IMG/VR virus record: IMGVR_UViG_3300034121_000940
Location: 1 to 64,000 of that record
Reading direction: 5' to 3' (one strand)
Length of the DNA stretch: 64,000 nt
DNA from: a virus
Shown here: in pieces, positions 19,243 through 29,815 of the stretch
Numbering within the stretch: the first letter of the stretch is position 1
Layout: every line of letters begins with the position of its first letter
Made by a program: the position numbers and the translations under genes
The notes under the pieces: model-generated
Seen by the model: the letters and a program-made list of their open reading frames with translations, nothing else
Databases searched by the model: none
Told to the model about the DNA's origin: nothing

Positions 19243-21954
19243 ATCAACATCTTCTACAGTATACCCTTGTTTTATGTATTCTTCAATCTCATTAGGAGTA
19301 AGTTCTAAAACCATACCACCCTTTTTCATTTTACTTTTTTTGGAAGCATTTTTATTATTTAACATAACAGCAGATCCTACAGCTACTGGTGCAGCGGCCC
19401 AAGCCTTGTTAACTAATTTTCTTAGATCATCAGAAGTTACAGATTTATCTTTAAGCTGCATCATACCTCTTATATCTTTATAACCTCTAGGTACTCTTTC
19501 ATTACCTAAACCTGCATGCTCTTCTTTCAACCAATTATTCCAATCATCTTTAAAAAGATTCCATTCATCAGGAGTTATTTCTTTATTTTTAGAAACACCA
19601 TATTTATTATTTAAATAGTCTTTCATTCTTAAAAATCTAACTTGTTGTTCATAATCCTTGTTATGATAATTAGCATTTTTACCTGATTTAACTAAATTTA
19701 AATGTGGATAATTTTTATACTTAGGCATTGCGCTAAATGTATTTTTACTAACTGGAGATAAACCATGTTTGATTTCATGATCAAGTATATGTAAAAAGTC
19801 ATGTTTAGTTTTAATATCCTTATCTGAACTATTAATTGTTATTTTAGGTTTACTTAATGTTTTACCAAAAAGTTTAGTTCCTCTTTTATGTGATCCATAG
19901 GAATTATCTGCAGTGTGTGTATCAAAATTAAATTCAGTTTGTTTAAGATTATTAACATAATCTTTTATTTCTTTTTTAATTTTTTCTGGACTTTCTCCAG
20001 TAGTAGCTTGTCTTCTTTTAATATATTCAGGATGATTTAAATACTCCAGATTTTGATTAATAACTTGATTAATTTCTGCTTCTGAAACATCAAAGCCATG
20101 TTTGCTTTTATTAGGTTTGTTTTTAATATTAAGCTTAATACCAAAATCTTTCACAGGAGTTTTTTGTAATATAAACTCATTATCTGGGTGATTAATTAAA
20201 GTATTTGGTATATATTCATTTGTTAATTCTTTAGCTGATAACTGTACAGAAGAAGGTTTTTTATTTAAATTTTTAAAATATTTAGAAGCTTTTGAAAGTT
20301 TATTACTTGTACCTAAACCTGAAAAGTTTAATAAGTTTAGTACATGTTCTGAAGCAGCATTTCCTACATTACCTAAAGTAGGATTATCATAAGCTTTTTT
20401 AGTAGCTTTATTTACATCACTTTCTTTGTCAAGATAATCTTGTATACCAAAACCTACACCAGAAGCTGTAAGAGCATTGTTTAATGTAAGTCCTGGTAAT
20501 GATTTTGGAGCTTTATTAAAAACAGCTTTTGTACCAGCTTTAGTAGCTTGTACTAATGGTGACTTAACAGCTTTTGCTAATGTTGAACCCGCACCTTTTA
20601 CTAAAGCACCAGCACCTTTAACACCAGCACTTGTCATACCAATAGGTAAAGTCCAAAAGTCATCTACAGGAGCAGCCATACCAGATGATCTGTTTTCCCA
20701 GTCTGCTCTTTTCTTAAAGTCATCTTTTATAAATTGAGGTAATCCAGGTTTTACTTTTTCATAATATTTACCGTCTTTAGTCTTAACCTGTATTACTGTA
20801 TCTCCGTTAGCCTTAGTAATTGTATTTGTTATAGTACCATCTTTACTTCTATGTGTTTTTATATTACCACCTTCTTGTTTAACCCATGGATATTTTTCAG
20901 ATTTCTTATACTCATCCATTTTTTTCTTTAAACCATATGTATCTACAAACTGAGCTACATCAAGAGGAATACCGTTTGTAGACTCACCATAACCATAAAC
21001 TTCAGGATCTAAAATTCTACCGTAAAGTCTATATGGTTGATAGCCTTTTGGATATTTTGATTCTTGTTGTTCAGGTTTAGTAACTTTTGATATGTTATCA
21101 ACTTTAACTATTTCTTTATTATCAGGTGTTTCTTTAATTGATGATACTTCTTTTTTTAATGTAACAGGTTGCATAGGTTTTTTATAAATAAGTATCTGGC
21201 CTTTATAATCTTTACTTACACCAACTGGTTTAATTTTTGTATTTTTTTGTAAATTAGTTGCAACTCTATTTTTTATAAAAGTATTTAAAGTACGTACAGC
21301 TTCTTTTTTATTATAATTAGGAAATGCTACACCATATGTTTTAAGTTGTTCTTCTTTTTCTTTGTTCCCATAATTATATAAATTTAAACTATCATTATAC
21401 ATCTTTTTTCTGTATGCATATTCTTTTGGATCAGATATTTGTATTACACCTTTCTGAGCTTGATTAAGTTCTGGTACAGATATATCTTCTACTATATAAC
21501 CACCTTTTCTGTATTCTTCTATTTCATCATCTGTAAGATCCATATACATACCACCATCTTGAAAGTAGTTTACATTTGGATCAAATATTCTTTTAGAATA
21601 GTCTTTGAATAATGGGCCTATTTCCATAAGCTTATTCTTACCCATTATACTCTTAGTCTTTCTTTTCTTTCTTTGACCCCCTTTTCTCATCTGTGGATAT
21701 TCATCTACATAGTCTGCTCCAGGAAAAGTGTATTCTCCTCCCGGTTGCATCATCTGTTGCTGACCTGTATTGGATATTCCTAATACTGGATAATCAACAC
21801 CTTTCATAGTAATGTTTGATGAAGGTATTCTTGTAATTTCTCCAGGATGTTCCCACTGACCTCTAGGATCAGTGATCACATCTTTAGATTTCTTAGGAGC
21901 TTTAGCTTTGTTTAACTCAGCCATAGCTTGTAAAAGGGTCTTTTTATTATACAT
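19240..21954 (-). CDS. 904-aa basic internal virion protein with HEXXH zincin motif
   Basis: ILDHEIKHGL followed by a downstream Glu (DYEQQVR); xxGG motifs; two copies of an LTxxEIEEYxxxGYxVED module. Confidence 0.6.
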   Translation of the reverse strand: MYNKKTLLQAMAELNKAKAPKKSKDVITDPRGQWEHPGEITRIPSSNITMKGVDYPVLGISNTGQQQMMQPGGEYTFPGADYVDEYPQMRKGGQRKKRKTKSIMGKNKLMEIGPLFKDYSKRIFDPNVNYFQDGGMYMDLTDDEIEEYRKGGYIVEDISVPELNQAQKGVIQISDPKEYAYRKKMYNDSLNLYNYGNKEKEEQLKTYGVAFPNYNKKEAVRTLNTFIKNRVATNLQKNTKIKPVGVSKDYKGQILIYKKPMQPVTLKKEVSSIKETPDNKEIVKVDNISKVTKPEQQESKYPKGYQPYRLYGRILDPEVYGYGESTNGIPLDVAQFVDTYGLKKKMDEYKKSEKYPWVKQEGGNIKTHRSKDGTITNTITKANGDTVIQVKTKDGKYYEKVKPGLPQFIKDDFKKRADWENRSSGMAAPVDDFWTLPIGMTSAGVKGAGALVKGAGSTLAKAVKSPLVQATKAGTKAVFNKAPKSLPGLTLNNALTASGVGFGIQDYLDKESDVNKATKKAYDNPTLGNVGNAASEHVLNLLNFSGLGTSNKLSKASKYFKNLNKKPSSVQLSAKELTNEYIPNTLINHPDNEFILQKTPVKDFGIKLNIKNKPNKSKHGFDVSEAEINQVINQNLEYLNHPEYIKRRQATTGESPEKIKKEIKDYVNNLKQTEFNFDTHTADNSYGSHKRGTKLFGKTLSKPKITINSSDKDIKTKHDFLHILDHEIKHGLSPVSKNTFSAMPKYKNYPHLNLVKSGKNANYHNKDYEQQVRFLRMKDYLNNKYGVSKNKEITPDEWNLFKDDWNNWLKEEHAGLGNERVPRGYKDIRGMMQLKDKSVTSDDLRKLVNKAWAAAPVAVGSAVMLNNKNASKKSKMKKGGMVLELTPNEIEEYIKQGYTVEDVD

Positions 21955-24900
21955 TATCTTAAAGAAATTTCATTTTTACTGTTACTAATTTTCAAAATAA
22001 TATTTGTGTTACCAGATATATTTTTCTTTAAGTTAACAAAACTCAGATAATGTCTGAATTTTTTTCTTTGAAATTCTGGTTTTAAGTAATTAAGATTATT
22101 CTGATTTAACACTCTTCTAAATCCATCAGGTTCTGTAATCCATGTATTTAAATTTGGATAAGTACCTGATAGTATTGTTGTACCTGGTATGTAAGGTCCT
22201 TGTCCAGCAGGATAAGTTGATCCTATTGGAAATTCTCCTCTATCATTTGTTATATCCCAAAACTGACTAAATCTATATTTGTTTTCTTCTTTGGTATATA
22301 AAATATCAAATGAAGTTAGTGTATTAGGATTTACTCTTGGAAATTGTCTTACAAGTGGTAAATCATTTTTTGGATATATATTTAAATTTAGGTAACCAGA
22401 TACTTGTTCTGAGTTATATATAACAGCCGTATCAAAGTTATAATCTAATACATGATGTGAATCTACACAATTATCTGTTTTTCTATAAGCCTCAAGAACA
22501 TATTCTATAGATCTTGTAGTAGTAACTGTTTGACCTGTTACAATTGGAATATCAATTTCACATGCATAGTCAATACCATAATAGTTACAGTATTTATCAC
22601 ATATCCAATTATGTCTCCAACCTCCAGTACCTTTTGTAGATACAAACACATCTTTAGTAGGCATTAATAAATCTGGATGCCAGTCATGAAAACTAATCCA
22701 GAATTGATTTTTAGGGTCATAACTTACAGTCCATGAAGCATCTCTAAATAATGTTGGATCACCTAATTTAAATTGAGCAGTAGTATTATCACCAATAATA
22801 AAGTAATCACCTGTACCATCACCTTTAAGTGGTATATATCTTACAATACCTTTGAATGAATCTTTAAGTTGATAGTCTTTTTTACAAAAATATAAGATTG
22901 TATTTGTATTATCAAATACAGATTGACAGCCAATACCAGCTACTGGATTATCTACATATGGATATAATGGGAAATCAGTAAGAAGTTTGTACGGTAAGAA
23001 TAGTGTGAACCACCATTTCATACCCTGCTGAGAAATTTCCTGAAGTCCTTCACCAATTGAGAATATCTTACCTGCTGCTTGAGACATATAGTATATACCT
23101 ACTGGTGTAGATATTACAGATAGTCTGTTTTGAGAAGCTCCATATTCATATGGTTTATCTGCATTAGATAACTGCTGTGGTGGTTGGCTAAATAAACCTC
23201 CGTCACCTAGAGTAACTTTAGTACCTAAATCAGTTTGAAGAGTATCTACACCCTGATACATTATAGGACTATCATTCTTAAATGTAATTACAATACCTGA
23301 TTTATTTATAGACTTAACACCACTAACTTGAGACTTGAATGCTTTATAGTTATTAACTAAGTAAACAAACCAACTATCTTTTACTGCTTCATCCTGTTGA
23401 GGTAATGAGTAAATTATTCTATTTGGATAATAAGTATAACATAAGTCAGCTACATTAGGATCATAGTATCTACTTTGTATAGTACCTAATGAAAAATATT
23501 GATTATATAACTTAGATACACTCAATGAGTAATCATACTGATTGGTACTATTTACACCCATTATATTTGGGTTAGTATCAAACATTGCATTGTAATCTGT
23601 AAAATTATATGGGTTATAATATTTTTTTGCAATCTCTTCAGGTTGTGTTCTAAAGTCAACTAACACTTCTGACTCAACAAAAAAATCTTTTATAGATGAA
23701 ACTGCTAAATAAAAATATGAATTTTTACAAACAAAAAATCCCGGATAATTACTAGCTGTATCATTTGAATAGTTATATTTTTTTGAACCATCAACATAAT
23801 CAAGATTATAAAAACTAGATGGTAAAACACCTTCACCTGGAGGAGTAGTAGGTACACCAGCAATAAGAGACACTAAATTACTAAAATCAATTGCTCCCGC
23901 TAAATCCTGTACATTATACAAACGGCTATTTAATCTAAATCTTGGATTTGGAATCATACTTCTTAAATAATAGTTATATTCAAAACCATCAGGTTGATCA
24001 TATAACCAATCATAAAAGAAACACATTGAATCTTTTTCAGTATATCTGTTAATATAAGTGTCTCCACCAAACATGACAGGAGATCTAGCAATTACTCTTT
24101 TAGTTATATTTTTAGAATTACATACAACATTTGATAAATTAATTGTATAATCAGATAGCTTTTGCTCACATGTACCAATAGGTAATTGTTTAATAGAATC
24201 TAATTGACCATATTGGTTTCTTACTCTACCCCTTAAAGCACCATAGTGACTTTGAATTGGTAATGAAAAAGTTCTATCAATATTAGATGTAAAATCTGGT
24301 AAATTTGTTGGATCAGATAAATAAGGTGTAAAACCAGCTTGTAGTAATGTACCAAGTGTAGTTAAAGATTTATCCCCATCTAATAACTTAGGACCTTTGT
24401 TTTGATTATTACCTGCTTTAGTTCTAACAACAACTTTTGGTGATCTTTTTATATTGTTGATATTATAAGATTTCCATGCTCCAGTACTATCTTGATATCT
24501 TGAAACAGACTGAATATTATCTCTTAGATAAAATCCATCTTCCATTTTAAATCTTGTAGTATCAGCATTTGCATTTTTACCCATATTAGAATAAAAACCA
24601 TAGGCTTTGTGTTGTAAAGCTTGTTGTTTGTAACTAGTTACTGCATATATTAAATCTAATGTTACTCTGGCACCTTCAGAAAAATAATATGCAAAATTCA
24701 TTATATTATTAACAATTGCCATTGGTTTAGGTAAATATTGAGATTTAGATAATTCTGTTTCAACAACTTGTGATGTATATACAGAACCTGCATTACTTAC
24801 ATTTGAACTTGCTGATGTTGTATATAAATTTTCATATACACCACCTCCAACAAGAGCATCTCCTACTGAACCACCAGTACTATTATATAATCCTACTGAT

Positions 24901-27440
24901 GTTAGTAAACTACTCATAATACCAGAAAAAGCAGCACCATAGTTTGTAGCATTTTTTACATCAGTAGTTACTTTACCACTATCATCATAAAAATCACCAC
25001 CACTAAGAGGTCTAAATGTTATTTGTGCAGCCATTGCAGGACCTACACCAGTAAGTGTATTTGCACCAACACTACTTACAAAACCACCTATTTCATGATT
25101 TTTTAAAGGATTACCTTTAACTTCTGGTATTTCAATATCTTGATATCCTGGACCTTGTGTTACTAACTTTCTTTTACCAACAGATGAAATTATTATTTCA
25201 GCAAATCCAGCAAAAATCATAGCTGTAATAACAACATCAGATAATAATTTAAATTTAGGATGGTCACTTGGTATATTAAAGTTTTGTTGTGAGTAACCAT
25301 TTAATTGACCGTATGTTTTAAATTCAGTAGTTGACAAAAAAGGTGTTGTCATCATAGTATCCGGTGAATGGAAACTAAAAATATCTTCTGGCACAGATTG
25401 ATTATATAATGAACTTACACCAGCTTTAATATATGGATCATTATATCCAGCTACATTTGTTCCTAAAGTATTACTTAAAGGTTTAATTGTATTAAAAGGA
25501 TAATTAGCATACAAACCTGTTGCACTTTGACCACCTGTTCCTGCAATTTGATAAGTTCTAAAATTATTAACCATCCCTTTAGCAACAATACTTTTGTTAC
25601 CTTCTCTAGAACCCCTTAATATTTCATACCCTACAATTCCAGGTATATCATTACCATCATTATCTTTAGGTACAGTGATGTTTTCAAAATACACACCCAT
25701 CAATCTAATAAAGTAATCATTAGAATTGTTCTTAGGATTTGCATTTGATCTAAAATGAGTTATTAAATCTGAGTTATTATTATTAGCAAAGTTTTCAGGA
25801 AATTTATGATGTCTTATATATTTACCACATAAATCAAACTCTTCTGGTTTCAAAGCTGTTTGCTGACCTGTCCAACAATGTGCACTTGGATTCCATATAT
25901 CAGGTCTATTATCAGGATACTTTTCAGTTGATTCCCAGTATCCCATATCTCCTGTTGCTATAACAACACCTCCATCATCAGTAACAGTACCATTAATTCC
26001 TGAAACATTATCTATTGTAGCAGTATTATAAACTTCAAATACTTTATCATCTGAATATAATGTATTTTGATTACCTTGTAATGATTCATTTTCTTTTTTA
26101 GAACCAACACCAGGAACATTAAAATCTTTAGGAGGTCTTCCAGGAATATGATATGTTGAAGTTTTATCTCCTGTGTTATACACCCATCTAATGAAAAATG
26201 AATATACTTCATCTCTCATATAGTTAGTTTTATTACCACCTTTCATATAGTAATCCGCAGGATATTCTACAGAAGCCCACTTAGTTTTAATCAAGTTAGC
26301 TAAAGGTTGATAATTAAAATCAAACTTACTTCTAGGTCCTATTCTTAACAAGTAATTATTTACTTCAGCCATTTGATCTGAAGTTTCATATACTGGAGTT
26401 TGTAAAGGTAATTGTTCAAGCGGTATAGTTATGTTACCAGCATTATCAATTTGATCAATACTCATACTTGAAGTATTTGTTGAGTATATACCCATTAACT
26501 GAGCTACAGTCTGTTGGTTAACACATTTTACTATTACCAATTGAAACTCATCAAAGTTATCTTTATCAGCTTCAATATCTAATGTTAAAGAACCTTGTAA
26601 ATCTTGTGGGGAATAAATAAACTGATAGTTACTTTGAGCAAAGTAATCAGTTACTTTTTGTCCTTTTATAGTATATGCAATAAGGGCAAAATATGAACCA
26701 TTAGCAAGTGTTCCTCCTTGTTGTCCTCTTTTTAATTTAAGACATGGAGTTTTCATTAGTCTAGCTAATCTAATATGATCACAATCTAATTTATTTGTAT
26801 TCTCACATATTGTACAGTCATTAACAACTTTACATTCTTCTACCCATTGTACATTAGGCCAAAGTATTTTACTTCCTCCTGGTCCTACATAGTAGTTTGC
26901 GTTAACTCCTTCTGATGTGATGTAAGAATAATCTGGTCCAGGCCATGTTTGTGGATCCCCAATATTTATAAATCTATCTGGATTTAATCCATCAGACCAA
27001 TATACTTGCCAAGTACAATCTTCTTTTAATCTTGATACACCAGATATTAAATATCTTTTATCAAAATTTAAGCAAGCATCTATTACAATAGGTTTATAAG
27101 TACAGTTTTCTTCTTCAAATAAACCTATCTCTGCACTTACAGGTTGACCATTAAAATTATGACCAACTGTAAAAATCACCCACTTATCTGAAAATAAATA
27201 TATAGTACCTATTACTAATTTTTCAGTAGCTGCAGCTGGCATAAAAGCACCAGTATTAAAACATAAGTAATTAGCAGATTCATTTGATATTGAACCTACT
27301 TTACCTGTCTTAGAGTTATTAACCATGTTGACAGCATGTGTCCACATACCGTCTGTAACATAAGAAGGATCTGAATCTTTATTCAGACCCTTTATGAAAC
27401 TATCGGTTACATTTTGGGAAGTATCTTGCATATCTGCCAT
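21954..27440 (-). CDS. Tail stabilization/muzzle (nozzle) protein, crAss-like, P22 gp10-related
   Basis: N-terminal FIKGLNKDSDP...WTHAVN, YMRDEVYSFFIRW, C-terminal WTVSYDP...WISFHDW; 1828 aa; follows ring-protein genes as in crAss-like tail modules. Confidence 0.7.
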   Translation of the reverse strand: MADMQDTSQNVTDSFIKGLNKDSDPSYVTDGMWTHAVNMVNNSKTGKVGSISNESANYLCFNTGAFMPAAATEKLVIGTIYLFSDKWVIFTVGHNFNGQPVSAEIGLFEEENCTYKPIVIDACLNFDKRYLISGVSRLKEDCTWQVYWSDGLNPDRFINIGDPQTWPGPDYSYITSEGVNANYYVGPGGSKILWPNVQWVEECKVVNDCTICENTNKLDCDHIRLARLMKTPCLKLKRGQQGGTLANGSYFALIAYTIKGQKVTDYFAQSNYQFIYSPQDLQGSLTLDIEADKDNFDEFQLVIVKCVNQQTVAQLMGIYSTNTSSMSIDQIDNAGNITIPLEQLPLQTPVYETSDQMAEVNNYLLRIGPRSKFDFNYQPLANLIKTKWASVEYPADYYMKGGNKTNYMRDEVYSFFIRWVYNTGDKTSTYHIPGRPPKDFNVPGVGSKKENESLQGNQNTLYSDDKVFEVYNTATIDNVSGINGTVTDDGGVVIATGDMGYWESTEKYPDNRPDIWNPSAHCWTGQQTALKPEEFDLCGKYIRHHKFPENFANNNNSDLITHFRSNANPKNNSNDYFIRLMGVYFENITVPKDNDGNDIPGIVGYEILRGSREGNKSIVAKGMVNNFRTYQIAGTGGQSATGLYANYPFNTIKPLSNTLGTNVAGYNDPYIKAGVSSLYNQSVPEDIFSFHSPDTMMTTPFLSTTEFKTYGQLNGYSQQNFNIPSDHPKFKLLSDVVITAMIFAGFAEIIISSVGKRKLVTQGPGYQDIEIPEVKGNPLKNHEIGGFVSSVGANTLTGVGPAMAAQITFRPLSGGDFYDDSGKVTTDVKNATNYGAAFSGIMSSLLTSVGLYNSTGGSVGDALVGGGVYENLYTTSASSNVSNAGSVYTSQVVETELSKSQYLPKPMAIVNNIMNFAYYFSEGARVTLDLIYAVTSYKQQALQHKAYGFYSNMGKNANADTTRFKMEDGFYLRDNIQSVSRYQDSTGAWKSYNINNIKRSPKVVVRTKAGNNQNKGPKLLDGDKSLTTLGTLLQAGFTPYLSDPTNLPDFTSNIDRTFSLPIQSHYGALRGRVRNQYGQLDSIKQLPIGTCEQKLSDYTINLSNVVCNSKNITKRVIARSPVMFGGDTYINRYTEKDSMCFFYDWLYDQPDGFEYNYYLRSMIPNPRFRLNSRLYNVQDLAGAIDFSNLVSLIAGVPTTPPGEGVLPSSFYNLDYVDGSKKYNYSNDTASNYPGFFVCKNSYFYLAVSSIKDFFVESEVLVDFRTQPEEIAKKYYNPYNFTDYNAMFDTNPNIMGVNSTNQYDYSLSVSKLYNQYFSLGTIQSRYYDPNVADLCYTYYPNRIIYSLPQQDEAVKDSWFVYLVNNYKAFKSQVSGVKSINKSGIVITFKNDSPIMYQGVDTLQTDLGTKVTLGDGGLFSQPPQQLSNADKPYEYGASQNRLSVISTPVGIYYMSQAAGKIFSIGEGLQEISQQGMKWWFTLFLPYKLLTDFPLYPYVDNPVAGIGCQSVFDNTNTILYFCKKDYQLKDSFKGIVRYIPLKGDGTGDYFIIGDNTTAQFKLGDPTLFRDASWTVSYDPKNQFWISFHDWHPDLLMPTKDVFVSTKGTGGWRHNWICDKYCNYYGIDYACEIDIPIVTGQTVTTTRSIEYVLEAYRKTDNCVDSHHVLDYNFDTAVIYNSEQVSGYLNLNIYPKNDLPLVRQFPRVNPNTLTSFDILYTKEENKYRFSQFWDITNDRGEFPIGSTYPAGQGPYIPGTTILSGTYPNLNTWITEPDGFRRVLNQNNLNYLKPEFQRKKFRHYLSFVNLKKNISGNTNIILKISNSKNEISLR

Positions 27441-27441
27441 A

Positions 27442-28494
27442 TTAGATCACTTTAGTATTATAATTCAATCTTGCATAATTTCCAAATGTAGGTGCTTTAA
27501 ACATATCATAGTATTTAGAATACTGTGCTCTTCTGTTAGTCCACCACAATTGTTCCATCTCTTTAAAGTTTGGTGTATTAACCAAATTCAATGCATTGTT
27601 TCTTGCTGCCTTTAACTCAGGTATAATTACCTGTAATCTTTGAGCAACATCTTCACCATTTAAATATAAGTTCTCAAGAATTCTTTTCTTAAATGCATAT
27701 TCATAATAATCATTCAACATAGGATGATCAGGAACCATTAAGTTACCTTCACTATCTTGTAATTCTCCTTGGTAGTTTATATATACAGTTCCATCTTCAA
27801 ATGTTGTAAAAAGAAATCCATCTTTAATCCATCCTTGGTCCGGACTGTTATTATACAAATTAGGACAATCAGGATCTATGTTCTGACTGGTTTTCATTTT
27901 TAATGGAATTAAAGAAGTATATTTTCTAGTAAGACCAGAATGTACAACTTGAACTAACTCATATGACTCACCTTTACAGTTCATAAATACTCTTGGAGCT
28001 ACACATGTATCACCGTAAGGATTTGCTGGATCATAAGTAGGTGTTGTATTTGTCACAGGTGTATTAAGATCACAAGCAGCCGTGTGGTTGCAAGGATTAG
28101 AATTACAAGTTCTACAGTTAACCGTTCCTACAGCACAAGAATCAACACCTCCAGGAAACTCTTTATATTTTACAGTACCATATGGTACTTCTTGTATATT
28201 AGTTCCACCCACTCTACCATCATAACCTAAGTGCTCTGTTCTATCATAACAAGACATACCAAAATTCCATACATAGAAATCATCTGGTAACTTAACTTTA
28301 CCATGACATATGTCTAGTACAGCTTCTTTTGTTTGATTGATTCTAAGACCTAAGTCATAATTGATTTTTCTAGCAAGTTTAATTAACTGCTGAGGCTCAA
28401 TCATGTTCTCTAAAGCAAAGCTTGATAGATCAATCTGAACATCTTCCATTAACTGGTCAAATGTTCTGTATCTGAGTGTGTAGTTGAAATCCAT
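27442..28494 (-). CDS. Tail ring/tubular protein (crAss-like)
   Basis: KVKLPDDF and GFLFTTFEDGTVYINY...GNLMVPD pattern; immediately upstream of the muzzle gene; Cys-rich insertion. Confidence 0.6.
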   Translation of the reverse strand: MDFNYTLRYRTFDQLMEDVQIDLSSFALENMIEPQQLIKLARKINYDLGLRINQTKEAVLDICHGKVKLPDDFYVWNFGMSCYDRTEHLGYDGRVGGTNIQEVPYGTVKYKEFPGGVDSCAVGTVNCRTCNSNPCNHTAACDLNTPVTNTTPTYDPANPYGDTCVAPRVFMNCKGESYELVQVVHSGLTRKYTSLIPLKMKTSQNIDPDCPNLYNNSPDQGWIKDGFLFTTFEDGTVYINYQGELQDSEGNLMVPDHPMLNDYYEYAFKKRILENLYLNGEDVAQRLQVIIPELKAARNNALNLVNTPNFKEMEQLWWTNRRAQYSKYYDMFKAPTFGNYARLNYNTKVI

Positions 28495-29165
28495 TATCTT
28501 AAAGTATTTTGACCGTCATCACTACCATCAACTGGCATTTGAGCAATCATTGTTAATTCTTTTAATGCATACTGTTCTATCTCTGAAAATAAATAATCAG
28601 GAAATGGAAATGCTTGGTCTTGTTTAAGCTTACACTGTTCTTCTGGCTCACATTGATATTCTGTAATATCTCCGTCAAATATAGCTTCTACTCTTACAGC
28701 ATCCCAATCAATATTAGGAAAGTATAAGTAGCCATTTAAAAACCAAAAGTATTTTCTTTTATTATATTTAAATGTAGTTGACTTAGTTATAGAAATCCAT
28801 GTTCCAGGATTAGTTCTGTACATAATCTCACTACCATCTATTGAAGATACAGTACGTATAATAGGACCTAGTATACCATTAAGTATTGAAGGAATTTTAG
28901 TCTTAGTTCTTTTGAAGTAACATCCAGAATATACTCCAGTACAACCTGCTTCTATCTTATCTACATCAATAAGTTCTACAAAAGGTAGTACAGAAAATAT
29001 AGAACTTATCTTCATAAGTCTATATTGGTTATCTTCTCTTTTAAGTAATGCTTGACCATACTTAATAAGAGAATAATAAATTACTCTATCAGTTAAAAAA
29101 GGATCTTCTTTTACTGCTTTGAGAGTGTTTCTCATTCTTGATATTGCTTCACCAACTGTTGTCAT
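28494..29165 (-). CDS. Tail ring/adaptor protein (crAss-like)
   Basis: YFWFLNGYLYF...VRVEAIF...FPFPDYL pattern; translationally coupled to both neighbours. Confidence 0.55.
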   Translation of the reverse strand: MTTVGEAISRMRNTLKAVKEDPFLTDRVIYYSLIKYGQALLKREDNQYRLMKISSIFSVLPFVELIDVDKIEAGCTGVYSGCYFKRTKTKIPSILNGILGPIIRTVSSIDGSEIMYRTNPGTWISITKSTTFKYNKRKYFWFLNGYLYFPNIDWDAVRVEAIFDGDITEYQCEPEEQCKLKQDQAFPFPDYLFSEIEQYALKELTMIAQMPVDGSDDGQNTLR

Positions 29166-29743
29166 AATTCAAATTCATTATATGTTTTTAGAGCCTTCTG
29201 AGTTTTTATTGCTTCTTTTCCTGCATAGTATAATTGTTGGTATACCTTTTTGATCTTTTTATTATTCTCTACTACTCTATACATGTTCCAGTTTTCTGGA
29301 TATGCTTTAGCAACAAGTCTTTTAAAATCTCTACAGGCAATAAAACTCCAGTACTCTCTATTTTTCATTTTATGTTTTAGTGCATAACTTGTAAAGAATA
29401 TCTTTGCTAACTTCCCGTCTGTAGCAAAATTATTATTTGACACTTCTACACCATATTGTTTGGATTTAGCAAAGTCAACATTTCTTTTCTTACTCTGCTG
29501 ACATGTTCCTACAAAAAGCCATCCAATCTGATCTGGTAGTTGTACACCATCTCTTGTGTCTACTACTAAATTGTAAACAGCTCTATTGAAAGTTTTTGTA
29601 ATATTTTTTAACATGCTGTTTTCATACTTAGCATATCTAGGATATAACTTTTTAAATTGATCAAAGAACTCTTTGTCTAAGAGGTTGAATACTTCAGGTC
29701 TATATCTTGGTGCGGATAAATCAGGTGTCTTAAACTCTCTCAT
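29162..29743 (-). CDS. IHF/HU-like DNA-binding protein (conserved in crAss-like structural modules)
   Basis: Basic protein; helix followed by DGVQLPDQIGWLFV (HU-like beta strand); syntenic position before the ring genes. Confidence 0.5.
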   Translation of the reverse strand: MREFKTPDLSAPRYRPEVFNLLDKEFFDQFKKLYPRYAKYENSMLKNITKTFNRAVYNLVVDTRDGVQLPDQIGWLFVGTCQQSKKRNVDFAKSKQYGVEVSNNNFATDGKLAKIFFTSYALKHKMKNREYWSFIACRDFKRLVAKAYPENWNMYRVVENNKKIKKVYQQLYYAGKEAIKTQKALKTYNEFEL

Positions 29744-29745
29744 AA

Positions 29746-29803
29746 TAATATAGTAAAAATTAGTTATAATAGCAAATATAGGTATAAAACAAAACCCCTA
29801 CAA
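29746..29803 (-). promoter_or_regulatory. Tandem promoters: TTG-N20-TATATTTG (29773-29803, Bacteroidota consensus) and TTG-N20-TATATTA (29746-29775)
   Basis: Read directly from the reverse complement; the first fits the Bacteroidetes -33/-7 consensus TTG-N19-21-TAnnTTTG. Confidence 0.55.
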
Positions 29804-29815
29804 GTGCAGGGGTTT
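29786..29815 (-). terminator. Intrinsic terminator
   Basis: Minus-strand RNA AAACCCCUGC-ACUU-GUAGGGGUUU then UGUUUU; a G-U pair favours minus orientation. Confidence 0.75.
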
